Shown: positions 1 through 11,544 of the stretch, piece after piece
Position numbering within the stretch: position 1 is the first letter of the stretch
How the letters are laid out: each line of letters opens with the position of its first letter
Assembly: GCA_964016885.1 (NCBI GenBank)
Contig: OZ024744.1
Span: 25,978,001-26,042,000, forward strand
Source of the DNA: Eledone cirrhosa
Taxonomy: Eukaryota
Reading direction: 5' to 3'
DNA length: 64,000 nucleotides
Notes under the pieces: generated by a model
What the model was told of the DNA's origin: nothing
Databases searched by the model: none
The model's input: the letters and a program-made list of their open reading frames with translations, nothing else
Translations under genes and position numbers: made by a program

Positions 1-16
1 AATATGATCGAAAATT

Positions 17-35
17 ATATATATATTATTATATA

Positions 36-97
<62 letters not shown>
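17..97. repeat. (TA)n microsatellite; further TA tracts at ~436-502, 693-753, 822-911, 977-1020
   Basis: Direct reading of the sequence. Confidence 0.95.
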
Positions 98-98
<1 letters not shown>

Positions 99-156
99 AG
101 AAAATGACGTGTTTTTTGTAAATAAAAAAGAACGAGATGTCCTTCACTGGTGAAAG

Positions 157-432
157 TATAGAGAAAAGAAATTGGAAATGCAAATGGAGTCTTTTTAAGA
201 ATATATATTTATTTCCTTTACCGGTTTCACAGTTCTTATGCTTTTCATAAGCAGAGTTGAGATGGAGTGTTACTGGTTTGTCTCGCATCTGGACATGCGA
301 GACAAACCACACACCACAAACCCTCCATCTCAATTCTACTTATAAAAAGTATAAGAACTGTGAAACCGGTAAAGGAAATAAATAAATATTCTTAAAAAGA
401 TGACTCCAGTTGCATTTTCGATTTCTTTTTCT

Positions 433-436
<4 letters not shown>
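157..436. repeat. Imperfect ~280-bp inverted repeat (fold-back) between TA tracts
   Basis: The centre is ggtttgtctcgcat-ctggac-atgcgagacaaacc (275-308). Outer arms pair, e.g. tttcctttaccggtttcacagttcttat / ataagaactgtgaaaccggtaaaggaaa. Confidence 0.9.
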
Positions 437-502
<66 letters not shown>

Positions 503-503
<1 letters not shown>

Positions 504-689
504 CGAAGGAAATGTGGTAAGGAACCAGGTGGACCATAACGCACCAAAGTACTCAATACTTGGGGTAGTAGAGTGGGTAATAACAACCAGTAAGACCCCG
601 ACAGCTGAGCTCAAGCCGTTTCGACGGCTAATTCTGGACAGAATTAGCCGTCGAAACGGCTTGAGCTCAGCTGTCGGGGTCTTACTGGT

Positions 690-692
<3 letters not shown>
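503..692 (+). mobile_element. TA-inserted fold-back element, copy 1 (possibly a Penelope-like pLTR derivative)
   Basis: An ~80-bp unique arm is followed by a perfect 51-bp hairpin (585-635 / 640-690, loop ggac). (TA)n lies on both sides. Homologous copies are at 15555 and 63318. Strand is relative only. Confidence 0.75.
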
Positions 693-760
<68 letters not shown>

Positions 761-847
761 TAACAGATTAAAGTTTAAGCAAAGAATCACTGCTTTCACC
801 CTTAACTGGATCGTCTGAAACTATATATATATAACTAAATATATATA

Positions 848-915
<68 letters not shown>

Positions 916-982
916 CCTCGTCATATCTTATGTCTTAATATACCTAACTGTACCAAGGATTACACACACTTTCCAATATATA

Positions 983-1020
<38 letters not shown>

Positions 1021-1224
1021 GCGCATGTATGTGGTGTTAATGATATAGTGTTGATGTTATATTCATTTATTTGTTTTGTTTTGTTTTGTTTTCTTATTCA
1101 TATTCTTATTTTTTTATTTTTCAAAACCATTCCCTGTCTCAAAACATCTGTAACAGACGAACGCAAGATAAATGATTCTGTAGAGCGGGTAGGGTGGTGT
1201 GTGAGTGTGGAGGTCGAAGAGTGG

Positions 1225-1770
1225 AATAATAGTTTTGAAGGACGTAGATTACTTATCTGGGACGCTACATGTTGTCACACGTTCTCCGCCTCCAACTTAG
1301 TCGCTTCGGTCACAAACCCTGGTACTGCGGCCCATATTGCACAGGAAAGGAGGATAAACAAATACCGAAGATTGTCCGGCCGCTTCCTCATCACACTGGT
1401 GGCCGTCGAAACTTCAGAACTCCGTACTGTCAAGCTCCTCCGCAAGTTCAGAACGTCAGCTGTCCGTCTGAGGAAGGAGCTTCACGAGTTCGGGTGGCTG
1501 TTGCAGCGGGTGTCGCTGGCCATTGTCCACAACAATGCTTCTACGGTCTCGTCCGCGGGGTGCAGGCCATTACCACCGCAGCTTAGGCCCAGAGCCCAAT
1601 CCCTCTCCCCTCCACCTCCCCATTCTTCTGTGTCACTAGACTCCTTACCATTCCCTCCCTTTTCCACTTTTTGTTTATATTTTCTATTTTACATTCCATT
1701 CTTCTGAATCTATATTTTCTATTTTTCTCTTTCTATTAAACTGTATTTACATGATATATTCCATAAATAA
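1225..1770 (+). mobile_element. CRE-clade non-LTR retrotransposon, 3' fragment (RLE endonuclease plus 3'UTR)
   Basis: LIWDATCCHTF...AAHIAQERRINKY...VAVETS...WLLQRVSLAIVHNNA matches the CRE-type restriction-like endonuclease C-terminus. The 3'UTR is shared with copies at 11.5 kb and 58.8 kb. Confidence 0.8.
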
Positions 1771-2469
1771 ATAATACTGTTTGAAAGTGGTTTCTGTTTG
1801 ATTCATGAAAACAATCTGTAAAATCTCTGGCTTTTTCAATGTAATGAGAGCCATCTTACGGCAGATTTGATTTTTCTACCAATCCTTCCTTAATTGCTTA
1901 TTAACTATAACGAAAATAATCTAACTTCCCTAAATTAAAGACAAAACTGGTTTATTCACAAATTGCCTAATCAGGGACAGCCGAGATATTTTTTTCTTGA
2001 TAGTAAACTGTTTTACAGGCGTGCCCAAAATTAGATTCAACACAAATTACTGTAGAAAGACAAAGAATAAAACAACAACAATAAAATATTTAATCAAACA
2101 ATATTACTACTAATGATTATGACATTTACCATAATTGCAGTCACAACAACAACAACGACAACAACAAAACAAGACAAGATCTTTCTCGGTGTACTTAATT
2201 ACATATACACACATATAGTGGTTTATTAGCTGTACGTAAATCGGACAAAGCAAATATATATAATAATAATGTAAAAATAAAATAAAATATAAATAATTGT
2301 CTGATTTTTAGATAAAAACCAAACTTATTGGTTGGTATTACTTCGAAAACAGATTTTTGTTTTTTTTACTGAAAGCTGAAAAATAACAAAGAAAATTAAC
2401 AATTTGCTCGAGGAAGGTAGCATAAGTTTTTAATGTATATATGTATTATATAGTAACAGAAGTTCACAA

Positions 2470-2473
2470 TACC

Positions 2474-2531
<58 letters not shown>

Positions 2532-2862
2532 TCAACATCAACAACAACAAAAACATCAACAGCAACAACAACAGCAACAACAACAACAACAACAACAACA
2601 GCAACATCAACAACAACAACATCAGCAACAACAACAACAGCAATACAGCAACATCAGCAACAACAACAACATCAGCAACAGCAGAAAAAACAACAACACC
2701 AACAGCAACAACAACAACACCAACAGCAACAACAACAACACCAACAGGATCAACAACAACACCAACAGCAACAACAACAATAAAAACACAACAACAACAA
2801 CAACAACAGCAACAACAACAACAAAAACAACAGCAACAACAACATCAACAGCAACAACAACG
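2470..2862. repeat. (CAA)n/(CAG)n-rich imperfect trinucleotide repeat
   Basis: Direct reading. It explains the N/T/Q-rich ORF 2441-2908. Confidence 0.9.
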
Positions 2863-3382
2863 CTGTGAAAAAAATGATAATAATAATGATGATAAAAATA
2901 ATAAATAATTAATAATCATAATTAATAATAATATTCAAAGCATCTTGTAATGAAAGAAACAAAATCTTAGCTGAATTATTTATTAATTAAGTCTTTTTTT
3001 TTTTCATTGAAAACACTGCATGTGTTCAGATTGGTGTTCAGTTTAATTGCAAATATTTTTAATTAGCTTTTGCGGCGCATGGGTACATTTTCATATCTTT
3101 AAAAGGAAAAACAAATTAAAAAAATTGACTTATGATTGTTTGTATGCGATTACATCATAAGTAAAGCATCTAGACGATCTGAAGCACGTGGTAGTAGCAC
3201 GTGAAGAATCTAATTCTTGATAATTCGATTGTCAAAAAAAAGAAAAGCGTGAAGAAACGCAGGAAGAAGTGGTTTACATTACTAATTTAATATTTCATTG
3301 TCTAAGTTATTGTTTTAAAAAAAACAAGTCAAATGTTCTTTACTATTCACCAGTTATTTTTATTTAAGTTTCCCTGTTTCCT

Positions 3383-3523
3383 GTGTGTGTGTGTGTGGTG
3401 TGTGGTGTGTGATTGTATGTGGTGTGTGGTGTGTGTGGTGTGTGGTGTGTGATTGTGTGGTGTGTGGCGTGTGTGTGGTGTGTGGTGTGTGTGATTGTGT
3501 GGTGTGTGGTATGTGTGTGGTGT
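3383..3523. repeat. GT-rich (gtgtg/gtgtgtg) simple repeat
   Basis: Direct reading. Confidence 0.9.
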
Positions 3524-3648
3524 CTTTTTGTCCCAAACCTTGTTTAGACTTCAAACATGAGGTGGTTGTATAGCAAATGACGTACATAAACACATTTTCA
3601 AAAATAAAATAAAATAAGGAAACACAAAATAATAGAGTAATATTATTC

Positions 3649-4126
3649 ACTAGCTGGCCCGTGCCGTCAAAAATGAAGGCTAATTGTAATATCTATACAT
3701 AATATAAAAAAAAGAGATGTTTGTTGATTGGTTGGTTGGTTCCTTTGCGCTCACTGACACAAGTGATGTAAACATACAAACACACTTTTTCCTTCCTCAG
3801 TCGACGTAATCACCCTTCCTTCCCCAGTCGACGTAATCACCCCTTCCTTCCTCAGTCGACATAATCACCCTTCCTTCCCCAGTCGACGTAATCACCCCTT
3901 CCTTCCTCAGTCGACGTAATCACCCTTCCTTCCTCAGTCGACGTAATCACCCTTCCTTCCTCAGTCGACGTAATCACCCTTCCTTCCTCAGTCGACGTAA
4001 TCACCCCTTCCTTCCTCAGTCGACGAAATCACCCCTTCTTTCCTCAGTTGACGTCATCACCCCTTCCTTCCTCATTCATCTTTACTGTGTGACGGATAAA
4101 TACACAACGCTTTTAAATTAGTAGAT
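3649..4126. mobile_element. Non-autonomous Helentron/HINE (DINE-1-like) element
   Basis: It starts actagctggcccg with a subterminal hairpin gccgtca-aaaa-tgaaggc and ends ...aattagtagat. It contains a (ttgg)n stretch and an internal tandem array, all typical of HINE/DINE-like elements. Confidence 0.55.
3790..4074. repeat. 27-29-bp minisatellite, ~10 copies (ccttccttcctcagtcgacgtaatcac)
   Basis: Head-to-tail units with a variable C-run and no unique spacers. Confidence 0.95.
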
Positions 4127-4680
4127 AATAATATACTAATTTTTAAAGCCTTGTGTAGATAATAATATGTTGCCCATAACAACTCTGCCAAACCCTGTCG
4201 TTATTAACAAAACAACACAAAATAACAACAAGCAGAACCTTCATCACACAAATGAGTGGGGAATGAAAACAAACATCTAACTGTAACCCGGCATCACATC
4301 AGCTTGTTGGATAGTTTCTGTGTGGCTTAGGTTGGAAGATGATAGAAGAAGGTGGAACACGACGGCCTATTACCTAATGGGGTCGGAGATGATGCAGCTA
4401 AAAATGGCTTTATTATATAGAAACTACGTAATGTGACGCAGTTATATAATTTCTGTCTTCCCTAGTTGCCGCTACGGCCCAGTTCGGTTTTCCGAGGTTG
4501 GGGAGGTGAGCGGTTAGGGTTACGTTCGCCGAACATGAAGAGTGGGTCGCGGGTTGGTTTAGCAAGACTCGTAAATATATGTCAGCGTTTGGTCTGCGGT
4601 GATTTGGGAACTGATTGGTGCAATCATTAACAGGTCTTTTCTTACATTCTGACACGTATATATATATGTATGAATGTATG

Positions 4681-5310
4681 TTCTCTCTTACTCTTAATTT
4701 CGAGTATATTTTTGACCGGCCAGCTTCTTGGTGGCAAGGTTGTAAAAGAAAAGAAATTGTCATCCCTTGAATCACAAGAATGTTTTGCAAATTTTGAAGG
4801 TGCCAGCTATCGCAACCATGTGTAGACTATGAATTAGGGAGCTTCGCTCTTTATCCGCAAATCCAAGTTCAGTTATACATTGGTCCAAGAGAGTTGGTAT
4901 ATAACCCGTAGCTCCAATAATGGTGGGTATAAAGCTGGAGGTGTATCTTGGATACTGGATTTGTAAACTCCTCATCAATGGTCCGTAGATGTCCTCCTCC
5001 TGTATTTTTCTGACAAGGTTTACATCAAGTGGGCAGCTGATCTCCACATCAGAACACGTTTTCAATGTGTGGTCCCAAACAACAATACCAGGCCGGTTGT
5101 GCTTTAATTTGGTGGCAGTATTCCTTAGTGCCATCTGTCTCAATATATTCTTCCTCGTTTGTTGTTAATTTTGTTTTCCGAAGTGCGTTCCATATGGTTC
5201 TAGCTATCCCATCGTGTCTCATGGGGAGGTCGTAGTGAGATGACATTCTTTCGCAGCTGGCAACAACGTGGCTTAAATCTTCGATCTTTGTTTTACATAG
5301 CCTGCATTTA
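4681..5310 (-). mobile_element. R4/Dong-like RLE non-LTR retrotransposon, 5'-truncated (family 1)
   Basis: The minus strand reads KCRLCKTKIEDLSHVVASC (CCHC knuckle), MRHDGIA, HNRPGIVVWD...VEISCP...IPTIIGATG, with frameshifts. It is flanked by TATG/CATA repeats. Confidence 0.8.
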
Positions 5311-5436
5311 TGTATGTATGTATGTATGTATGTATGTATGTATGTATGTATGTATGTATGTATGTATGTATGTATGTATATGTATGTATGTATGCATGTT
5401 GTGTGTGTATGTATGTGTGTATGTATATATGTATGT

Positions 5437-5472
<36 letters not shown>

Positions 5473-5610
5473 CGTGTATAAGTATGTATATAGGTATATA
5501 TGTATATTTGTATATCTGTATGTATATATGTATATATGTATGTATATATGTATATGTGTATGTATGTATATATATATATATATATTTATGTATACATGTA
5601 TGTATGTATG
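5310..5610. repeat. (TATG)n/(TG)n/(TA)n compound microsatellite
   Basis: Direct reading. Confidence 0.95.
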
Positions 5611-6672
5611 TTCTTCTGGTTTTATAATTTCACAAATTTCTGCCAATAGAGAAGAGTCGGTTTCTAACATAGACACAAGACTCTCTTATTGGAATTTACA
5701 CAACATCAACTAGCTAGGTATGTATGTATGTCTGCATGTGTAGATATTGATGTTATTGTATGTGTGGATGTGTATGTTTTGAGTTGTATGTGTGCATGTG
5801 TATATGCTTTGTATCTGTACATGTGTATATGTTTTACATATTTTTACTGTTCCATTAATGGATCGTACTTGTTATTTCCTAACTAGCTGTGTTCTTTATG
5901 TTCCTGTGAAGCCCAGCTTCTCAAGATTTGTACTGAAGCAGTTACTAACATATCCTAGTGCCCCAATAACCACAGGCATAAATCTGAAGGTATAATCAGG
6001 GTTCAGTATCTGCAGATTTCTCATCATTTCTGCATAAATATTCTCCTTTTCGCTAATATTTGATATTTTATTGGCATCTGCTGGGCAGTTAACTTCCACT
6101 ACTGTGCACGCTTTCTTTTCCCTGTCCCATATTATTATATTTGGTCTGTTATGATTGCATTTTATTGGGGTTTTGGAACATTCCACCAGTACTCTTTCAT
6201 ATTATGTACATGGGTGTCTTACACATTACTGTAGCTTTTAATGTGTTTTTTGTCAGGGCTATCTTTCTACGGATTGCATTATACAGTGTTTTGGTCACTA
6301 CATCATGCCTCATAGTTAAATAGAACCGCGATGACATCTTTAGACAGCTGCGTATGACATGGGTGACATCTTCGATGTTAATTCTGCGAGTCTGCACTTA
6401 TTGTCACATCTAGGTGTTTTGCCTGCATCCCTATTTTTTTGTGAATCAGGTATTGCTAGAGCGTATCCTTCAAAGTGGGAGCCAATATAGCGGTTGTTGG
6501 TCCAAGATAGACTACTTTATCTATATTACTCTCACTCTGGAGCTTCCTGGCAACATATACATGCATGATTTTTTGCTGATAAGCATGCAGTTTTCTCATC
6601 TATCGATTCACTGCGGTACTGCTGGGCAACTTCCCTGGGTGTGAGTTTTTTTTATTATCATGCAGGGAATAT
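5611..6672 (-). mobile_element. R4/Dong-like RLE non-LTR retrotransposon, 5'-truncated (family 2, copy A)
   Basis: CDNKCRL/..IEDVTHVIRSC..MRHDVV; HNRPNIIIWD...VVEVNCPAD...MPVVIGALG. The 3'UTR ends ...aaaccagaagaa(cata)n. Confidence 0.85.
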
Positions 6673-6673
6673 A

Positions 6674-6846
6674 CGTATGTATGTATGTATGTATGTATGT
6701 ATGTATGTATGTATGTATGTATGTATGTATGTATGTATGTATGTATGTATGTATGTATGTATGTATGTATGTATGTATGCAGGTATGTATGTATGTATGT
6801 ATGTATGTATGTATGTATGTATGTATGTATGTATGTATGTATGTAT
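6674..6846. repeat. (GTAT)n tetranucleotide microsatellite
   Basis: Direct reading. Confidence 0.95.
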
Positions 6847-7103
6847 CCCAGTACAACCTGTCTCATGGTCGGGTCGTTGGCGACTAAACTGGCAACCCCA
6901 CCAAGGTTTCTTGGTGAGGAGGGTGACTTTGGACATCCTGCAGGACTAAAAACAAAACCTGTCAAAGGGCAAAGGGGCTCTTAAGAGTCAATGGCCATCC
7001 AAAATCACCGGGAGAGATGACCCCTTAGCATTTGTCAAGGCAGAATTCTAGGAGAAGGAAAACTCTGATATAACACCTGCAACCCTGATGGTATCCAACA
7101 ATT
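6847..7103 (+). mobile_element. Probable RTE-clade LINE 5'UTR fragment
   Basis: It contains ctaggagaaggaaaactctga, a motif I recall from RTE-type 5'UTRs, and begins immediately after (GTAT)n. Confidence 0.45.
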
Positions 7104-7284
7104 GTTTCTACTTTTGGCACAAGGCCAGCAATTATCCCAGTGTATTACTGGTACTTTATGTTATCGACCCCGTAAGGATGAAAGGCAAAGTTAACCTCGG
7201 CAGGATTTGACCTCAGTCCGTAAAGGAACGTAACTGTGCTGCAAAGCATGGCGTCCGACCCTCTACCGATACTGCCAGTTGACT
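7104..7284 (-). mobile_element. Octopus-type tRNA-derived SINE
   Basis: The reverse complement has a ctggcagtatcggtagag head, a gccgaggttaactttgcctttcatccttacggggtcgataa..agtaccag core and a gctggccttgtgccaaaagtagaaac tail. Confidence 0.8.
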
Positions 7285-7324
7285 TGTTCTTCTTTTTGGT
7301 AAATATCATCTTGGTTAAGAGAGT

Positions 7325-7600
7325 GAGACTGGCTTTGTGCAGTGCCTTTGCTCACTATAAAAGCTTCACGGCACAGGCATTGCTTTATATCTGGAGATCT
7401 CTCTGCACTTGTCGTCACATGGTACCATGGGCCCAGCACTATGTGTCAATAATTGTCACAAGTGTAGTGTTTGTACCAGAATTTTCAGGTCGCTGGCTGG
7501 ACTAAAAAGTCATACTCGTTCAGCGCATCGGTAGGGGTTCTCCTACATGGATATAAAGTAGTGGCCGTACTCGAAAACGAGTTGGCAGCCACCATGTATG
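7325..7600 (+). mobile_element. RTE-like LINE 3' end with C2H2 finger and (ATGT)n tail, copy A
   Basis: It encodes HKCSVCTRIFRSLAGLKSHTRSAHR*, then a short 3'UTR ...gagttggcagccacc(atgt)n. Confidence 0.6.
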
Positions 7601-7608
7601 TAAGTATG

Positions 7609-8293
7609 TTCTTTTGGTTTTATAATTTCACAAATGTTGTGCCAATAGAGAGAGAGTCGGTTTCTAACATAGATACAAGACTCTCTCATTGGAATTTAAA
7701 CATCATCAACTAAGTAGATATGTATGCATGTCTGCATGCATGTATAGATATGGATGTTATTGTATGTGTGGATGTGGATGTTTTGCGTTGCATGCGTGCA
7801 TGTGTATATGCTTTGCATCTGTACATCTATAATTTTTGGAATTCCAAAAATGTTTGGAATGTTTTACATATTTTTACTTTTCCATTAATGGATTGTACAT
7901 GTAATTTCCTAACTAGTTGTGTTCTTTCTGTTCCTGTGAAGCCTAGCTTCTCAATATTTGTATTGTGGCAGTTACTAACATATCCCAGTGCCCCAATAAT
8001 CAGAGGCATAAATCTGAAGGTGTAATCAGGGCGGAGTATCTGCAGATTTCTCATCAGTTCTGCATAAATATTCTCCTTTCCGCTAATCTTTGATATTATA
8101 TTGGCATCTGCTGGGCAGCTAATTTCCACTACTGTGCATGCTTTCTTCTCCCTGTCCCAAATCATAATATCTGGTCTGTTATGCCTGCATTTCATTGGGT
8201 TTTTAATGGAACATTCTACCAGTACTCTTCATGTTATGTACGTGAATGTCTTCCACATTGCTGTAGCTTTTATTGTGCTTATTTTCGGGGCTA
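7609..8293 (-). mobile_element. R4/Dong-like RLE non-LTR retrotransposon, 5'-truncated (family 2, copy B)
   Basis: ORF 7827-8195 reads HNRPDIMIWD...VEISCPAD...MPLIIGALG. It is collinear with 5611-6260 including the 3'UTR. Confidence 0.85.
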
Positions 8294-8356
8294 TGTCTGT
8301 CTGTCTGTATGTATGTATGTATGTATGTATGTATGTATGTATGTATGTATGTATGT

Positions 8357-8540
8357 ATGTGTCAATAATTGTCACAAGTGTAGTGTTTGTACCAGAGTTT
8401 TCAAGTCGCTGGGTGGACTAAAAAGTCACACTCGTTCAGCGCATCGGTAGGGGTTCTCCTACATGGATATAAAATAGTGGCCGTACTCGAAAACGAGTTG
8501 GCAGCCACCATGTATGTATGTATGCATGTATGTATGTATG
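8357..8540 (+). mobile_element. RTE-like LINE 3' end with C2H2 finger and (ATGT)n tail, copy B
   Basis: It reads HKCSVCTRVFKSLGGLKSHTRSAHR* and is a near-duplicate of 7440-7600 with several substitutions. Confidence 0.6.
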
Positions 8541-8724
8541 TATGGATGGATGGATGGATGGATTGATTGTCCCATAAGTCCTGATGGACTCGTTTGACCG
8601 TCGTACTGACATACGATATTTCTTGAGTACTTTAAACCTGGCAGATGTTATGCCAGGTCTAAACACGACGGATTTCTTCCAGAGACCGTGATAGATTGAT
8701 AGAATTGGAGAGAGATATTGGAAG

Positions 8725-8860
8725 AATCGATCTCATTTGGGGCTGGTACTGTTTTTATCTACCTTGAAAGGGTGAAAGGCAAAGTTGGCTTCGGCAGGAT
8801 TTGAACAAATACCACAAATTTTTCTATCCGACGTTCTAATGAGACTGCCAATCGGCGCCT
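8725..8860 (-). mobile_element. Octopus-type SINE, degenerate
   Basis: ggtact...gaaagggtgaaaggcaaagttggcttcggcaggatttgaac matches the SINE core at 7150-7210. Confidence 0.7.
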
Positions 8861-9239
8861 CTGCATATTGACATACATAGTTTGATATAAGAACCAGTAT
8901 TCCTGGCAGTAAAGTGGCTATTTGACGGAGTCGTTAGAAAGTCGGATAGAATGCATGAATGTTTTGTGGTACTGAGGCCTGGAGTGTGATGGGCTCCGCC
9001 ATGTTTTAAAAATTGTCTATAAACGCCGGATGTCAATACGGTGCCCCTACAACTTTATCAGCAGTTACAGAACCATGCATGCATTCCTCACTTAGAACGA
9101 CCCAGTGGTTAAAGAATAAAAATAAAACTGTATTAGAAGTGTAAAATAATGGAGTAGTTTTTTTGTTTTGTTTTTTAAATAACATATATATATTAATTGT
9201 TTAGTGTGGAATACAAAAAATGTTCTGAATGAAAATATA

Positions 9240-10715
9240 AACAGAGCATATAAATAAATTTACAGTAGAATAACATAACAAATATGTTTTAAAATAACAC
9301 ATTAGGACAATGGGATTGATGAGTTAATATAGCTATACAACAACCACAACGGTACGCAATGGTGCTCACCCACAGCCCCGGCGGACAGAATGGAGAAGAC
9401 GTTTCCCCGGAGGACGGCAAGGGAGACGCGCTGGAAAAGCCACTCCAACTCGCGGGGCTCACACCTGCGGCTGGCCAGCTCAGCTCGTATGGTGGTGAGT
9501 AAGGAGGTAGCCCTGGGGCCGAGGACACCAGAAGTCTCTACAGGGGGAGAAGGAGGAGGGGCGTCTACTGGGCTAAGTCCCAGCCGGTCCCACGTCTCAC
9601 AGGCGGCCTCACGTTCTCTGAACACAGGGGGTTCTGTTATTTTGAAGAACCCTGCTGACGAGGAAGCGGCACGAGGTTACCGACGAAAGATACGCCGGAA
9701 AAGCTAGTGAGATCGGGGACCGGAGGCTAAGGCCGCCATACCTGACCGGTAATGTGTCCTGTTGCCACCCTATGTCGTCAAACTTGACGTTGCATATCCC
9801 CACGGCTGCTGCTCGGATACAAGTATCGAGGTCAGCGAGGAGAGATGTTTGGGTGTAGCACAGAGCGCTGCGGAGTGTATAGCGGAGCTTCGGCATGGCG
9901 AAGCAGTTCCTCAGCAGAAAGAGAGCTGGGTGGCCGTCAATCAAGCCCAGTCGGCTCGTGAGAGTCTGGAGCTGTTGAAGCCTTGACCTGATGGTGGAGC
10001 GCATGGCCGGCAGGTGGGTCGGTGACCCGAGGATGAGGACATCCTCTTTGGAGGGTCACCTGAACCTGGCGGAGAATGGACCGCACGTTCAAGACGGAGG
10101 CTGCAAAGCTCTGAGCATCGTGGCTGACGTTCAGCACCTCCGACTTGGCCGAGTTGACCTGGAGGCCGATTCCTGCCAGGGCAGAAACCACCGATTGAAA
10201 GTCATGGCAGACCGCCCTACGTAGCATCATCCAGATACCAAACGTTGAGAGGGGACGTGATACTCCGGGCGATGTGTTCAATACCATGGGCGAACAGGAG
10301 GGGTCCCATAGGGTTGCCCTGTTGGACCCCAATAGCTGAGGGTATGACCGTATCAGCAGCAAGGAGCATGCTCAGGGCTCCATATGACAGGTAGGCCAGT
10401 GGGTAGGCAGAGGGGACTCGGCTGAGACAGGCCTCGAGCAGATGATCCCGGCCTAAAGAGTTGAAGGCATTCCTCATGTCAAGCTTGACAATGAGGTACC
10501 TGAAGTCCCTGGATACCGGTTCCGATGGGCAGCTGCTGAAGAACTGCCTGGTTGCATGAGCGACCCCCTCACAGCCACCGGACACGCCGACACCCAGTTG
10601 CACCGGACTAAATTCCTCACCCAGTTCGTGTGTTACGGACTTGCAGATCACCTTGGCAGCCACTCTCTGGAAGACATTGCCCACAGCAATGGGGCGTATG
10701 GCACCCTCTTTCATC
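9240..10715 (-). mobile_element. CRE-clade non-LTR retrotransposon: decayed RT domain plus internally deleted RLE end
   Basis: RPIAVGNVFQRVAAK, QLGVGVSGGCE, KLDMRNAFNSL, GVQQGNPMGPLLF, WYLDD; then LFLLRNCFAMPKL...LPVRYGGLSLRS; then VETSGVLGP...WLFQRVSLAVLRGN. Multiple frameshifts. Confidence 0.9.
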
Positions 10716-10769
10716 AAAAACAAAAACTTAAATATGGTTGAAAATCCAACTAAAGACAACAATGCAGAT

Positions 10770-10900
10770 TAAAGCGGCATATAGGAAGAGGCGTTAGAGC
10801 GTCATATAGAATGTTTTGTGCCATTCGGCTTTGTGTTCAAATCATGCAGGTCGACTTTACCCTTCATATTTTCGGGGTTGACAAAGATCAAGTTCAGTAA
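10770..10900 (+). mobile_element. Octopus-type SINE, degenerate
   Basis: gttcaaat...ggtcgactttacccttcatattttcggggttgac core. Confidence 0.65.
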
Positions 10901-11544
10901 TATAGACAATTCTTTGCCCCCCCCCCCCCTCTCTCCTTTTCTCTCTATTTATCTATCTATCTCTGTCCATGTGTTTCTCTCTCGCCCCCTCTCTCTCTTA
11001 AAGAAATTGGCTGTTGGCAAACCTGAACAGGCATGGATCCGACACTGTTTTAAAACAACCAACGTCCATGATGACAATCGTTCAAATATTGAATAATGTG
11101 GCGGCACATGGAAGAAATGAACATGGTAGTATGATACAAAAATAGATACATATATGGTGAAGTTGGTAATCTGAAAGTATTTAAATGTTTCGTGTTTGCC
11201 AATTCTTTTGACACATTCAGTAGATTAGATTAAAACAAGCAATATCTGGGACAATCCTACCAGGACCTTCAGATAATGAATCAATCTTTCAATTTGAGTC
11301 TAACAAATTTACATTTCCCTCTTTGTCACATTTCATTAAGATTTTTTAATAGTCAACTTCACCTGATCTATAAGCCAAGCAACATCCATCCTTTGTCTTT
11401 GAATTAATCGTTGCCGCAGATGTTTATTTCTGAAAGAAATAGGTCAAATGTTTGTTACCGCATTTCAAGTAAATCATTTCTGCATTTAGTCGTCATTTTC
11501 TGCTAATTATAATTAAGTCTCAATTGTAATTTTTGCATTAGTTT

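Noticed and set aside
2441-2908. Asn/Thr/Gln-rich protein
   Set aside because: It is a (CAA)n microsatellite with no splice or homology support.
3790-4074. 27-29-bp repeat as a CRISPR array
   Set aside because: The units are contiguous, with no spacers.
4420-4640. CpG-rich stretch with gattgg and ggttagggtt as a promoter or telomeric seed
   Set aside because: It has a single ttaggg and no associated gene. It cannot be distinguished from a transposon fragment.
8800-8975. Imperfect inverted repeat
   Set aside because: It is explained by two SINE heads in opposite orientation.
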